This document shows, piece after piece, positions 29,090 through 38,598 of a stretch of 64,000 bases of DNA (positions within the stretch are counted from its first letter, which is position 1; every line of letters begins with the position of its first letter). Position numbers and translations under genes: made by a program. The notes beneath the pieces were generated by a model, which made no database searches, was not told where the DNA came from, and worked only from the letters and a program-made list of their open reading frames with translations. The stretch lies in the IMG/VR virus record IMGVR_UViG_3300031977_002889; one strand, written 5' to 3'. This DNA is from a virus.

Positions 29090-30643
29090 TTATCCAAATA
29101 TCATTGCCATTGCAATTGCAACACCAGTGCCCCCACCTGCTAAACCTTGAGATCCAGTATAACCGAGATCACCTTTAGCTCCTTGAGAACCAGTATAACC
29201 TTGTGATCCAGTGTAACCAATCGCACCTCGAGATCCTGTAAATCCTGTAGCTCCTCGAGAACCAGTATAACCAATGACACCTTGAGATCCAGTATAACCG
29301 AGATCACCTTTAGCTCCTTGAGAACCAGTATAACCTTGAGAACCAGTATAACCTTGAGCTCCTCGAGAACCAGTATAACCTTGAGCTCCTTGAGAACCAG
29401 TATAACCTTGAGCTCCTCGTGATCCCGTATAACCAATGACACCTTGAGATCCAGTATAACCTTGAGATCCAGTGTAACCTTGATCTCCACGAGATCCTAC
29501 AAATCCAGTTGAACCTCGAGATCCAGTATAACCTATACCTTGTGAACCTGTATAGCCAACGAATTGACCAACGTTAGTCCAAGCAGAACCATCCCAAATA
29601 TACAAATTAGAATCGGCTTGTACAACATAACCATCACCAGCGGTATTACCACTTGCTGGCAAGTTTCCAACTGTTGCAACAGTACCTTGGATATTCAATG
29701 AAGTACCATCAGCTCCTCGAGATCCAGTGTAACCAATTACACCTCGAGATCCTGTAAATCCTGTAGCTCCTCGAGATCCAGTGTAACCAATCACACCTCG
29801 AGAACCAGTATAGCCAATTACACCTCGAGATCCAGTATAACCGAGATCACCTTTAGCTCCTTGAGAACCAGTATAACCTTGTGATCCCGTATAACCGATA
29901 ACACCCTGTGAACCGGTGTAACCAATCACACCTTGAGATCCAGTATAACCTTGAGCTCCACGAGATCCCGTATAACCAATGGCCCCTCGAGAACCAGTAT
30001 AACCGATAGCACCTTGAGCAGCTGGCACAAAAGTAATTAAAATTTGATCATTATCACTTAATGTTATAGAACCACCAGCAGAAGATATAGTTGCTGTAAC
30101 AACACCACTTGCTAAAGAAAATACTGATTCAACCCTAAATACTTGGGTTGTTCCATCAGAAACATCGGCTGGTCTTATTTGCAAATAACCAATAAAATTA
30201 TTTACAGCATCACCAAAGTTATCTAGTGTAGTAAAATAATCTGTGAGATTATTTGCATTTGCATCAGTAACATTAATACCAATTTGAGTAGCAGAACCAA
30301 TAGCAGCGTTATTAAATCTTATTTCACCTGTAAGTGCTCCACCCACAGTAGTGCCAGTATCATAAGCATATAAAATACCTTGAGATTGTGAAGAACCACC
30401 GTAACCAACAGATCCAGTAAAACCAACTGATCCAGTAAAACCTTGAGATCCAACAAAACCAAGGGATCCTCTTGATCCTGTAAATCCAGCACCTTTAGAT
30501 CCAGTAAAACCTTGCGAACCAGTATATCCTAAATTTGGTTCAACAGTCCAAGAAGTAGAATTACTATCATATAGATAGTCAATACCATTTGCTGAATAAG
30601 TATCGTTGTGCGATGGATTTATTGGAAAGTTAAGTATAGCCAT
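29090..30643 (-). CDS. Collagen-like fibre protein with G(Y/F)TGS(Q/R) repeats
   Basis: Long Gly-X-Y tracts; N-terminal NFP.NP motif; C-terminal IAMAMIFG. Confidence 0.8.
   Translation of the reverse strand: MAILNFPINPSHNDTYSANGIDYLYDSNSTSWTVEPNLGYTGSQGFTGSKGAGFTGSRGSLGFVGSQGFTGSVGFTGSVGYGGSSQSQGILYAYDTGTTVGGALTGEIRFNNAAIGSATQIGINVTDANANNLTDYFTTLDNFGDAVNNFIGYLQIRPADVSDGTTQVFRVESVFSLASGVVTATISSAGGSITLSDNDQILITFVPAAQGAIGYTGSRGAIGYTGSRGAQGYTGSQGVIGYTGSQGVIGYTGSQGYTGSQGAKGDLGYTGSRGVIGYTGSRGVIGYTGSRGATGFTGSRGVIGYTGSRGADGTSLNIQGTVATVGNLPASGNTAGDGYVVQADSNLYIWDGSAWTNVGQFVGYTGSQGIGYTGSRGSTGFVGSRGDQGYTGSQGYTGSQGVIGYTGSRGAQGYTGSQGAQGYTGSRGAQGYTGSQGYTGSQGAKGDLGYTGSQGVIGYTGSRGATGFTGSRGAIGYTGSQGYTGSQGAKGDLGYTGSQGLAGGGTGVAIAMAMIFG
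29140..30010 (-). repeat. Repeats encoding GYTGSQ/GYTGSR Gly-X-Y tracts
   Basis: Recurrent ccttgagatccagtataa-like units on the plus strand, interrupted by one globular insert. Confidence 0.85.
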
Positions 30644-30646
30644 ATC

Positions 30647-33600
30647 TTATGCACTCTTCGCTAAAATGTTTCTTTCGGGGTCAAATTCAACAAATACTCC
30701 TGACACAGCTTTATCCCACGTAGCTTCAGAAAATCCTGTAATTAGGAATGAAGTTCCGTTATTATCTATGCTGTATGAGAAATCAGCAGATCCTGAACCA
30801 ATTTGATATTTACTCCATCCTGCATAATTACCAAAACCATCGCTATCAAAATCAAATATAGCGAGACCCATATCTTTCAATCCATATGTAATTGAATTAT
30901 CAGCAAATGTTCCAGCAGTATTACAAACAACAGCGATCCTTCCATCTGATAAAAGTGTACTTGGTTTTCCGTTTTGATCAATTTCTTCTGAAGTTTCTGA
31001 ACCGACTTGGAATCCTTGACTCCAACTATCAGTATCGTAATTAAATGTAATTACGCCAATATCTTCAGATCCAAACGTTGGTGAACCATTTACAGAACCA
31101 AATGATGTATAAACTAATGCCAATGTGTTAGGAATTTTTGGATGTAAATCATGAACATTCATTGCTTTATCATTAAAACCAGATCCTTGGTTATAATATT
31201 CAGCAACCCAAGCATTTGGATCAAAAATACCAAGGAATAAATCATAACCACCAAATAATGGAGTATCTGAGTCAGGTGAACCAATATCAGTACCTAATTG
31301 TCCAGTTGTTCTACCGCAGAATGCGATATGACCATTTTTAGAACCACCAGTACCAGCTGCAGTCTGAATATAGAATGGATGACCTGGAGCTTGAATGTTA
31401 AATCTTACAGTATCACCAGTGTCGATTGTAATTGTAGGATTATCTGCTGTTGAATTAATTGTACCATTTCTATCTGATCCACTAAATCTAAATGCAAGAG
31501 ATGCATTATTCGTTACAGTGATATTGAATGTTTGTGGTGAAGCATGTACATCAGTTACAATAAGTTGACCTTGCATCGCAGTATGAAGTCCACACTGGTA
31601 GTAATAAGTACCAGCAGTTGATGGTGTCCATTCTACTGTTCCATCTTGACGACCTTGGCCAGCAGCTTCAGGATTAGTGACAAGAAGAGCTGTACCAGTT
31701 AATTCGGTAATCGCATAGATCTCTTCATCTTGTGCTGTACCATTTTGCCAGAACCTAAATTGTTCAGAGGCAATATCCCATTGGAATAATGTATAGTCAT
31801 AAACACCAGATTGACCATCATTAGTTCTTGCAATATTACCAGACACTTGACCACCAAGATAATAGTATTCTTGATCTCTTGATTTAATTACGTCATAAGC
31901 AAATACGTTTCCATCATCGGCAGTAGCATCACCCACTGTAGATACTTGGTGTATTTCAAAGAAATCATCTGGAACCCTATGTACAATTTTCCCCGCTTGT
32001 GCTTCTGCAATATATTGATCAGTGTTTTTAAATGATTGTAAATCTCCTTGATCTACAATTCCTAAAAATCCTGTAAATAATCCATTAGCACCATATGATC
32101 CGTTATATTCAACGTGAACAGTACCATTAGTATTGTCGAGTAAACTAGATCCTAATGAAGCAGTATTTTGTAAAGTAGAAAGCGAAGTATTTGGGAATGT
32201 ATTACTATCATAAGTAGGTCCACTATATACTGTAGGAGATAAATAAATTGAATCATAATAATAAGCATTAGATGTAGAAGCTTCGGTGTGATATACACCA
32301 GTTCCAAATCCATCTTTCCACAATCTAAATAAAATACCATCTTCACCGACAGAGTGAGATGTAGATGAACCAACTGCTACAAAATTTCTACCATGAGCAT
32401 CCCATACCATGGATTTATTAATATCATCATTACCCATATGTCCAAGAGAATTTGCCCATTCAACGCTACCATCTGAATCATTAATAGCAGCAAAGAAAGT
32501 ATCTCTTCTCATTAAAATATCAGATGTATAATCTGGATGAGCAGCATTACTATCTAAATCCCATCCTTCTCCACCTACAATAAATCTTACTTGGCCATTA
32601 TGGAAGAATTGATCTTCATTTTTCCACCAATCTCTTTTATCTGAATCTTCAACGACAACTGAAAGGAAACGATTTACATTACCGTATTGAGATTGATATG
32701 TTTTTGACCAATATTTTGTAGTATTATGTACAGCAGCACCGCTTCCTGTAGTTTCGGTATATATTTGCCATTTTTCTGCTAAAGCAAATCCATATCCATT
32801 TGTTCCATTAGAATCGCCTGGAGTAAGATTCAAATCTTCTATTTGACCAACAACAATAATATCATATTTTTGACTATCGCTATAATATTTTAAAACATCA
32901 ATATCATTAAATACATTTTCTTCATTATTATAGTTTGTAAGTGTATTATCTGAAATAGCAGCTGCAGTTGCATCTTCATTAACTAAATTTGTATTCCAAT
33001 GAATAAGATCTGAAGTAAATACATTTCCATAACCCCACATCGGAGCTCTGTAATTACCACGCGTTTCAGATCCAACGAAGAAGAAATCACCAGTATCTTC
33101 TTTTCCTGGTTTTATTCGTTTAATATGTAAAGATGTATCATATGTTCCGCTATTTGCAATAGCTTCTGTTGATTTTGAAACAGTAACATTTCCATTTGGA
33201 TCCATTAAGAAAATTAATCCAGAAGTTAAAGTATCTGAATCTCCAGTAAATGAATTATTTTCGATAAATCCTACTACATATTCTTGACCTTGTCGAGTTA
33301 CAATACAATGATCGGTTATTTTATGAACATTTGTTCCTTGAAATAATCCTTTTGTAAATTCTACAGTATGAGTTGCTAGATTTATTTTGTTAATAAATCC
33401 ACTTCTTTTACCTGTTTGATTTTTTGTCCAACCAGATGTATAAGCATAGCCATTTCTAATATCAATTGAATTTATATTGGTAGAATCTGGTCCTACTGAA
33501 TAATAATAATTTTCTTTATAATTATAATTTTTATCCCAAGCCTGTAAAATAGCTCTACCATTAATAGTATCATTACCTACAGTATAAAAATTACCAGAAA

Positions 33601-35935
33601 TACTATCTCTTTGAACATCATATAAGTACATATCAGCAGAGTCATTTGATTGATGAATATTTCTACCCCAACCATGTACCCATTGATCGCCTTTAGGAGC
33701 AAGTTCTCCTTTTGAATAACCAGATAATACAAGTTTATTATTAATTTTATCTTCAATAATACCAGTAAGGAAGTTATCACCAGTTCCACCCCAAGTATAG
33801 CTTACTGAATTATTTTCGTTATCAACAATAGTAAGTAATAAATCACCAGTATTTTCTGCACCAGTAGTTTGAGGATGTCCTTCAAGTCTACCAACAAGAG
33901 CTTTACGACCATCTTCAAGATAGATTCCTTGGAAATAATATTCTTCTGAATTGCCAGTATTAATTTCTTTTAGATTATAGAAGGTAGGAGAAGCTGTTTT
34001 CCATTGGAATATTGATGTTCCATTTGCAATTCCTTCTGGTTCTGTACCAGTATTATATTCAATAACTCCATCTGAATGAGTATAGCGTAAATAACCACCC
34101 TGAAGAGGTGATCTTGTTGTAAATGTTCCGGTAGTTGTATCATATGACATGTGATCGTAACCATCAAATGCACCACCAGCCAAGTCAAAACTATAAAGAC
34201 CTTTACCCGAATAATTACCTGCTGCTCCATCTACACCAGAAAGAAGAGTAAAGAATTTAGTAGTTGCAGCGTTATATTTAAATCCATGTAATCTTAAAAA
34301 TTGATCTGAATCATTTGTTACAATATTACCTTCAAGAGTTAAATCACCAACTGAATCGATTTGATTTGGCGCACTAAACATTTGCACACCACCTTGTAAT
34401 CCACTTGATGCTGCAACGTAAATATTACTGCCAACACTTGTAATATAACAATCCGGTTTATGATCTAAACCATGAAATTGAAATGGCATATCAATTTGAT
34501 TTAATGTACCTGGAGAAATTGTATTAGCATCTGTCAATTGCCAGATTTTTTGATCAAATGTGCCATCTCTTTCAGTAATAACTATTTGACCATACATATT
34601 ATTATGAAGTGAACAAATATAATATACTGTCTCTGCAGTTTGAGGAGTAAATGTAAGAGTAGAACTACCCGTTCCTCCGCCTGAAGCACCTGCCACATTA
34701 TGACTAGTTGGTGTTGGATTAATGCTAGTAGTATCACGTATATACATTGGGTGAGCAAGATATTGAGAGTTCTCAATTGTTAATGTATCACCGACTTTGA
34801 TGTATATTGTTGGTTGGTTTCTTTCAGCATGAGCACCTTGTCTATCATTTCCAGTTATCGCATAAACAACACCACCGCCGACGATATCTGTAACTTCATA
34901 ATTGTAAGGACGAGCTTCAGCCTTCATTATAACAGGCATATATATTTTAGAACCAAATGCATGACCTGCACTTATTCTTAATGCATAAGAACTTTGAGTG
35001 CCTTCAGCGTTTTCATTGCCTCCTGGATATGGATTGAAATCAGGATCAGCTATGTCAAATGTACCATAATTTACTTCATTTGTAAAAGATCCAGAAGTGG
35101 AAGTGTATGTTCTCGAAAATACATTCCAACCATTGGCTCCAGCATCGCTTAAATAAAATGCATGGAATCTATTAGAACCACCCTTTAAAATACCACCAGG
35201 CATATAGTTAATACCAGCGGTATTAGGTAAAGTCACGTCATTGTGAGAGTTGTGAGCACCACCAACAGAAGGAGTGTGAATACGAGCAAGAGGAACTGAA
35301 TATGCACTTTGACCTTGTTTTGCAAGGATATTAATTAAGTAACCAAATTGTTTATCGGCTGGTCTAATATAACCGTCTGAAGCAAATACGATTCGTCCAT
35401 CATCATATTTTGAATAGTTTGAAGGAAGGTGTTTGTGGTATTGATAAAATTCCCAATTACCACCAGCATTTGCTTGATAAAGTCTATCCCAGTAAAACGC
35501 ATCATCTTCTAATGAACCACCAGACGGAGTAGTTGCTCCAGTATTATCATCACCAAAGGTACCAATATGCGCAAACATAAAGGCATCATTTTCAGTTTGG
35601 TTTGTAATATCGTTTAAACCAGGACCAATGTCTTGTATACATCCACCATGGTATCTTAAAACACCAGGCGCATGTGAATCATCAATAAATGTAATTGTAC
35701 CGTCTAATTCAACACGATTTGCATTAGTACTTAATTGACTCGCAGAACCAATTGATAATACTGTATCCCATTCATATACTTGAATAGAGTTTCCAGTAAG
35801 TACATTATTAGAATCCAAATCAGATGGATGATATGTATACCAATATCCTGCATCAGAAATATGGTGCATAACTGGTAAACCCAGAAAATCTGAATCTACT
35901 AATGCGACTTCTCTTGTTAAATTAGCAATTGCCAT
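30647..35935 (-). CDS. Large virion structural protein (beta-propeller-like repeats with two inserted cupredoxin-like domains)
   Basis: 1762 aa; HPMYI...YYICSLHNNMYG and YYQCGLHTAMQG...HPFYI; propeller-type G.T.G.L...G.YD.F repeats near the C-terminus. Confidence 0.7.
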   Translation of the reverse strand: MAIANLTREVALVDSDFLGLPVMHHISDAGYWYTYHPSDLDSNNVLTGNSIQVYEWDTVLSIGSASQLSTNANRVELDGTITFIDDSHAPGVLRYHGGCIQDIGPGLNDITNQTENDAFMFAHIGTFGDDNTGATTPSGGSLEDDAFYWDRLYQANAGGNWEFYQYHKHLPSNYSKYDDGRIVFASDGYIRPADKQFGYLINILAKQGQSAYSVPLARIHTPSVGGAHNSHNDVTLPNTAGINYMPGGILKGGSNRFHAFYLSDAGANGWNVFSRTYTSTSGSFTNEVNYGTFDIADPDFNPYPGGNENAEGTQSSYALRISAGHAFGSKIYMPVIMKAEARPYNYEVTDIVGGGVVYAITGNDRQGAHAERNQPTIYIKVGDTLTIENSQYLAHPMYIRDTTSINPTPTSHNVAGASGGGTGSSTLTFTPQTAETVYYICSLHNNMYGQIVITERDGTFDQKIWQLTDANTISPGTLNQIDMPFQFHGLDHKPDCYITSVGSNIYVAASSGLQGGVQMFSAPNQIDSVGDLTLEGNIVTNDSDQFLRLHGFKYNAATTKFFTLLSGVDGAAGNYSGKGLYSFDLAGGAFDGYDHMSYDTTTGTFTTRSPLQGGYLRYTHSDGVIEYNTGTEPEGIANGTSIFQWKTASPTFYNLKEINTGNSEEYYFQGIYLEDGRKALVGRLEGHPQTTGAENTGDLLLTIVDNENNSVSYTWGGTGDNFLTGIIEDKINNKLVLSGYSKGELAPKGDQWVHGWGRNIHQSNDSADMYLYDVQRDSISGNFYTVGNDTINGRAILQAWDKNYNYKENYYYSVGPDSTNINSIDIRNGYAYTSGWTKNQTGKRSGFINKINLATHTVEFTKGLFQGTNVHKITDHCIVTRQGQEYVVGFIENNSFTGDSDTLTSGLIFLMDPNGNVTVSKSTEAIANSGTYDTSLHIKRIKPGKEDTGDFFFVGSETRGNYRAPMWGYGNVFTSDLIHWNTNLVNEDATAAAISDNTLTNYNNEENVFNDIDVLKYYSDSQKYDIIVVGQIEDLNLTPGDSNGTNGYGFALAEKWQIYTETTGSGAAVHNTTKYWSKTYQSQYGNVNRFLSVVVEDSDKRDWWKNEDQFFHNGQVRFIVGGEGWDLDSNAAHPDYTSDILMRRDTFFAAINDSDGSVEWANSLGHMGNDDINKSMVWDAHGRNFVAVGSSTSHSVGEDGILFRLWKDGFGTGVYHTEASTSNAYYYDSIYLSPTVYSGPTYDSNTFPNTSLSTLQNTASLGSSLLDNTNGTVHVEYNGSYGANGLFTGFLGIVDQGDLQSFKNTDQYIAEAQAGKIVHRVPDDFFEIHQVSTVGDATADDGNVFAYDVIKSRDQEYYYLGGQVSGNIARTNDGQSGVYDYTLFQWDIASEQFRFWQNGTAQDEEIYAITELTGTALLVTNPEAAGQGRQDGTVEWTPSTAGTYYYQCGLHTAMQGQLIVTDVHASPQTFNITVTNNASLAFRFSGSDRNGTINSTADNPTITIDTGDTVRFNIQAPGHPFYIQTAAGTGGSKNGHIAFCGRTTGQLGTDIGSPDSDTPLFGGYDLFLGIFDPNAWVAEYYNQGSGFNDKAMNVHDLHPKIPNTLALVYTSFGSVNGSPTFGSEDIGVITFNYDTDSWSQGFQVGSETSEEIDQNGKPSTLLSDGRIAVVCNTAGTFADNSITYGLKDMGLAIFDFDSDGFGNYAGWSKYQIGSGSADFSYSIDNNGTSFLITGFSEATWDKAVSGVFVEFDPERNILAKSA

Positions 35936-35938
35936 AAA

Positions 35939-36307
35939 TTATGTTCCTGAAATTGGTATTCCTGGTCTAAATACGATATCTGTAGTATTTAAAGCAAATC
36001 CAATGAGCAATGCTCGAGTTGCGGTTGTAGGTGTTGGAGGTGTAGAAATTAGATCACCAGTTGTTCCTAAATAATATGGAGAACCAGGTGTTAAACCTGA
36101 AAATCCTGAAACAACTCCACTTGCATAATATTCACCACCAATTTTAATTAAGATAGCTAAAAGTTGTGATGAAGTATCGGTATTTGCCGCGTTAATTGCT
36201 GTATTTGAACCAGATATTCTAACTACTTTACCATTGTCACCGCCAGTAATATTAGGAACGGTAACGGCATTAGAAGATAGTGTACTGGTCGATTTAATAA
36301 ATGCCAT
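35939..36307 (-). CDS. Small virion protein (decoration/fibre-associated)
   Basis: SGLTPGSPYYL...G.L....P.......IG.AL motif; position among fibre genes. Confidence 0.6.
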   Translation of the reverse strand: MAFIKSTSTLSSNAVTVPNITGGDNGKVVRISGSNTAINAANTDTSSQLLAILIKIGGEYYASGVVSGFSGLTPGSPYYLGTTGDLISTPPTPTTATRALLIGFALNTTDIVFRPGIPISGT

Positions 36308-36310
36308 TTA

Positions 36311-37279
36311 TTATACTCCCTCTCTGACGAGTTCTAAATATGATGTATTTAATATAGCACCAGTGTTATCGCTATTTGAAATCATTAATTCGACAAAATC
36401 ATCTTCTAAAAAATAAAATATTTCATCTAGTTCAATAAAATCATTAGCACTCATATTAATAGTTGTTAAATTTGTAGTTGTAACTCCACGAGTTCTTCTT
36501 AAGGATATTGTATAAGAATCTTCTGATCCAGCAGAAGAAGTACTAACAAAAGATCTAACTTTATAATATCCTGATGCTCTAATTGTAAGTCTTTCTGGTT
36601 CTGTATTATACCAATACAAATCGCCTAAAACATTCGCATTCGTATTAAAATCAACATTATTCCAAGTTGTTGCAAGAGGACTACTTGTAGTATTAGATGA
36701 AGCATTTAAAATTGCTCTTACTCCACTAAAAGCAACATGGTTACTTACACCTGTACCTGGTGTAAAACCAAGACGATATAATTGGAATTCAGAATTTGCA
36801 TTAATTGTTCCTGTTCCTGTACTTTCTTTACCATAAACTTCTAAATAATCCCCGGAATTTAATTCTATAGTTTGATCATAACTAGTATTTTGATTAGGAC
36901 CTAAAGTAGTTGTATCAATAGCTATTCCATTTTTTCTTAATTCAAATGTATAAGAAGCTCCAGCACCAGTTGATCCAGTAAAATATGATACGGTTATTCT
37001 ATAAAATCCAGTAGTAGGAGCAGTTAATCTACCTTGATTAGCATTTATATAATAATTATCGATATCAAATTCTAAATCTTGAAATTGAATTAAAGAAAAA
37101 TCTTGAGTTAAAGTATATACGTTTTGATTATATAATTTAGCTCCGCTAAAATTCTTACGTGTAGTAGATGTAATTACATTCCAGTATGGACCATCGCTAT
37201 CATATTGCCATATTGCCTGATTAGGATCGGTGTAAAGATCTAAATGATTTGGTAAATTTGGAAAAATTAGTGTTGCCAT
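36311..37279 (-). CDS. Fibre-associated protein with two C1q/TNF-like beta domains
   Basis: Two internal repeats FSG......F....RLT....G.Y.....L..GD..E. Confidence 0.6.
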   Translation of the reverse strand: MATLIFPNLPNHLDLYTDPNQAIWQYDSDGPYWNVITSTTRKNFSGAKLYNQNVYTLTQDFSLIQFQDLEFDIDNYYINANQGRLTAPTTGFYRITVSYFTGSTGAGASYTFELRKNGIAIDTTTLGPNQNTSYDQTIELNSGDYLEVYGKESTGTGTINANSEFQLYRLGFTPGTGVSNHVAFSGVRAILNASSNTTSSPLATTWNNVDFNTNANVLGDLYWYNTEPERLTIRASGYYKVRSFVSTSSAGSEDSYTISLRRTRGVTTTNLTTINMSANDFIELDEIFYFLEDDFVELMISNSDNTGAILNTSYLELVREGV

Positions 37280-37282
37280 GTC

Positions 37283-38530
37283 TTAATACTCATCAAATAG
37301 AAGATTAACTTGAAGTTCATTTATAATTCCCACTGGACTTGAAATTTCAACCCAAACATAATTGTTAGCTGGAATAGTTGAAGAAGAAACTGTTAAAGTA
37401 TCACCTGAGGTACTACTCGTAATAGTTCCAGTAGATGCTACTGTTCCAGTTCCAGATCTACTTGGAGCATAAACGACAGATATATTAACTGATGTACCAC
37501 CTCGAATAACTCCTCGAACTTCAGTTAATTCAAAAGATCTATCGGCATAAAATAATGTCTGTTCATCACCTGAACCTGGGCTTAAAAACACTAATGATCT
37601 TGGAGAAATAGTTCCACGAGATCCTGTATAACCAGCAGATCCAGAATATCCTTGACCACCATCACTAATAGTGGGATCTGCAAATAATACCCAATGACCA
37701 TAACCAGAAACGATAAAATACATATATGATTTGCCAGTTTTAGTGTCATACCAAATTTGACCACCAGCTGGATTTGCAGGAGCATTTTCAGAATATCCAA
37801 TTGCTCCAGCTGATCCCGTATATCCACGTCCTTGTGGAGATGCATCAACCCATTGTCTACTTGCGGATCCATCTTGTGGAAGTACATTAATAGTACCAAC
37901 CATAGGAGCATGAACACCACAAATATAATAGTAGGTTCCAGCTGAATTGAATTGATACGAAGTCGTACTTGTACCACCACCATAAGTAGATGGAGGATTT
38001 TCTACGTTGTATGATGAGTTATAATCATTCGTAATGGGATCAAGTTGAGTTACAAAGAAAAGTGGGTGATTATTAAATTCGCCATTAGTTATAGTAACTG
38101 TATCACCAGCAACAATATTAATAGTTGGATTTAAAGATGCTGGATCACCATTAGTATAATTTTTCATTCCATTACGATCAGACCAACCGGTATTGAATGA
38201 AAATACACTATTAGTTGTATATGTGCTATTTACAGTCATTGAAACTGTAATATTACCAGCTGCGGCTGGATCTCCATCATCATAATAAACTTTTAAGCGA
38301 CCATTTACTGCATCCCACCAAAGATTACCATCTCTTAAGGAATTACCAGATGGAGCAACTGAATCTGTCTCTGCACCACCACCTGAAATATTAGCAATAG
38401 TATTACTTGTATTTTTATAATACAAAACACCATCAGCGTAGTTTAACGCCAATTCGCCGTAATCTAGATCAGCTGGTAATGGTTCCTTCCCCGTGACCGA
38501 GGAACGTTTAAGTTTAATCTCTGTTGCCAT
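37283..38530 (-). CDS. Fibre protein with a cupredoxin-like domain
   Basis: IKLKRS....P...L.YGELALNYADG.LYYK N-terminus; G.LWWD/G.IWYD fibre motifs; HPLFF...YYICGVHAPMVG. Confidence 0.75.
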   Translation of the reverse strand: MATEIKLKRSSVTGKEPLPADLDYGELALNYADGVLYYKNTSNTIANISGGGAETDSVAPSGNSLRDGNLWWDAVNGRLKVYYDDGDPAAAGNITVSMTVNSTYTTNSVFSFNTGWSDRNGMKNYTNGDPASLNPTINIVAGDTVTITNGEFNNHPLFFVTQLDPITNDYNSSYNVENPPSTYGGGTSTTSYQFNSAGTYYYICGVHAPMVGTINVLPQDGSASRQWVDASPQGRGYTGSAGAIGYSENAPANPAGGQIWYDTKTGKSYMYFIVSGYGHWVLFADPTISDGGQGYSGSAGYTGSRGTISPRSLVFLSPGSGDEQTLFYADRSFELTEVRGVIRGGTSVNISVVYAPSRSGTGTVASTGTITSSTSGDTLTVSSSTIPANNYVWVEISSPVGIINELQVNLLFDEY

Positions 38531-38586
38531 CTCGTAATCCTAATAAGGTAAGCTTTAATGAGTAAAAACTCAGCTCCACTTTCTTC

Positions 38587-38594
38587 TATTTATA
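38587..38594 (-). promoter_or_regulatory. Late promoter TATAAATA
   Basis: Exact consensus upstream of the 38530 start. Confidence 0.7.
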
Positions 38595-38598
38595 CAAG

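Noticed and set aside
29140-30010. CRISPR array or diversity-generating retroelement repeats
   Set aside because: Explained by collagen-like coding repeats; no reverse transcriptase and no adenine-specific TR/VR pair seen
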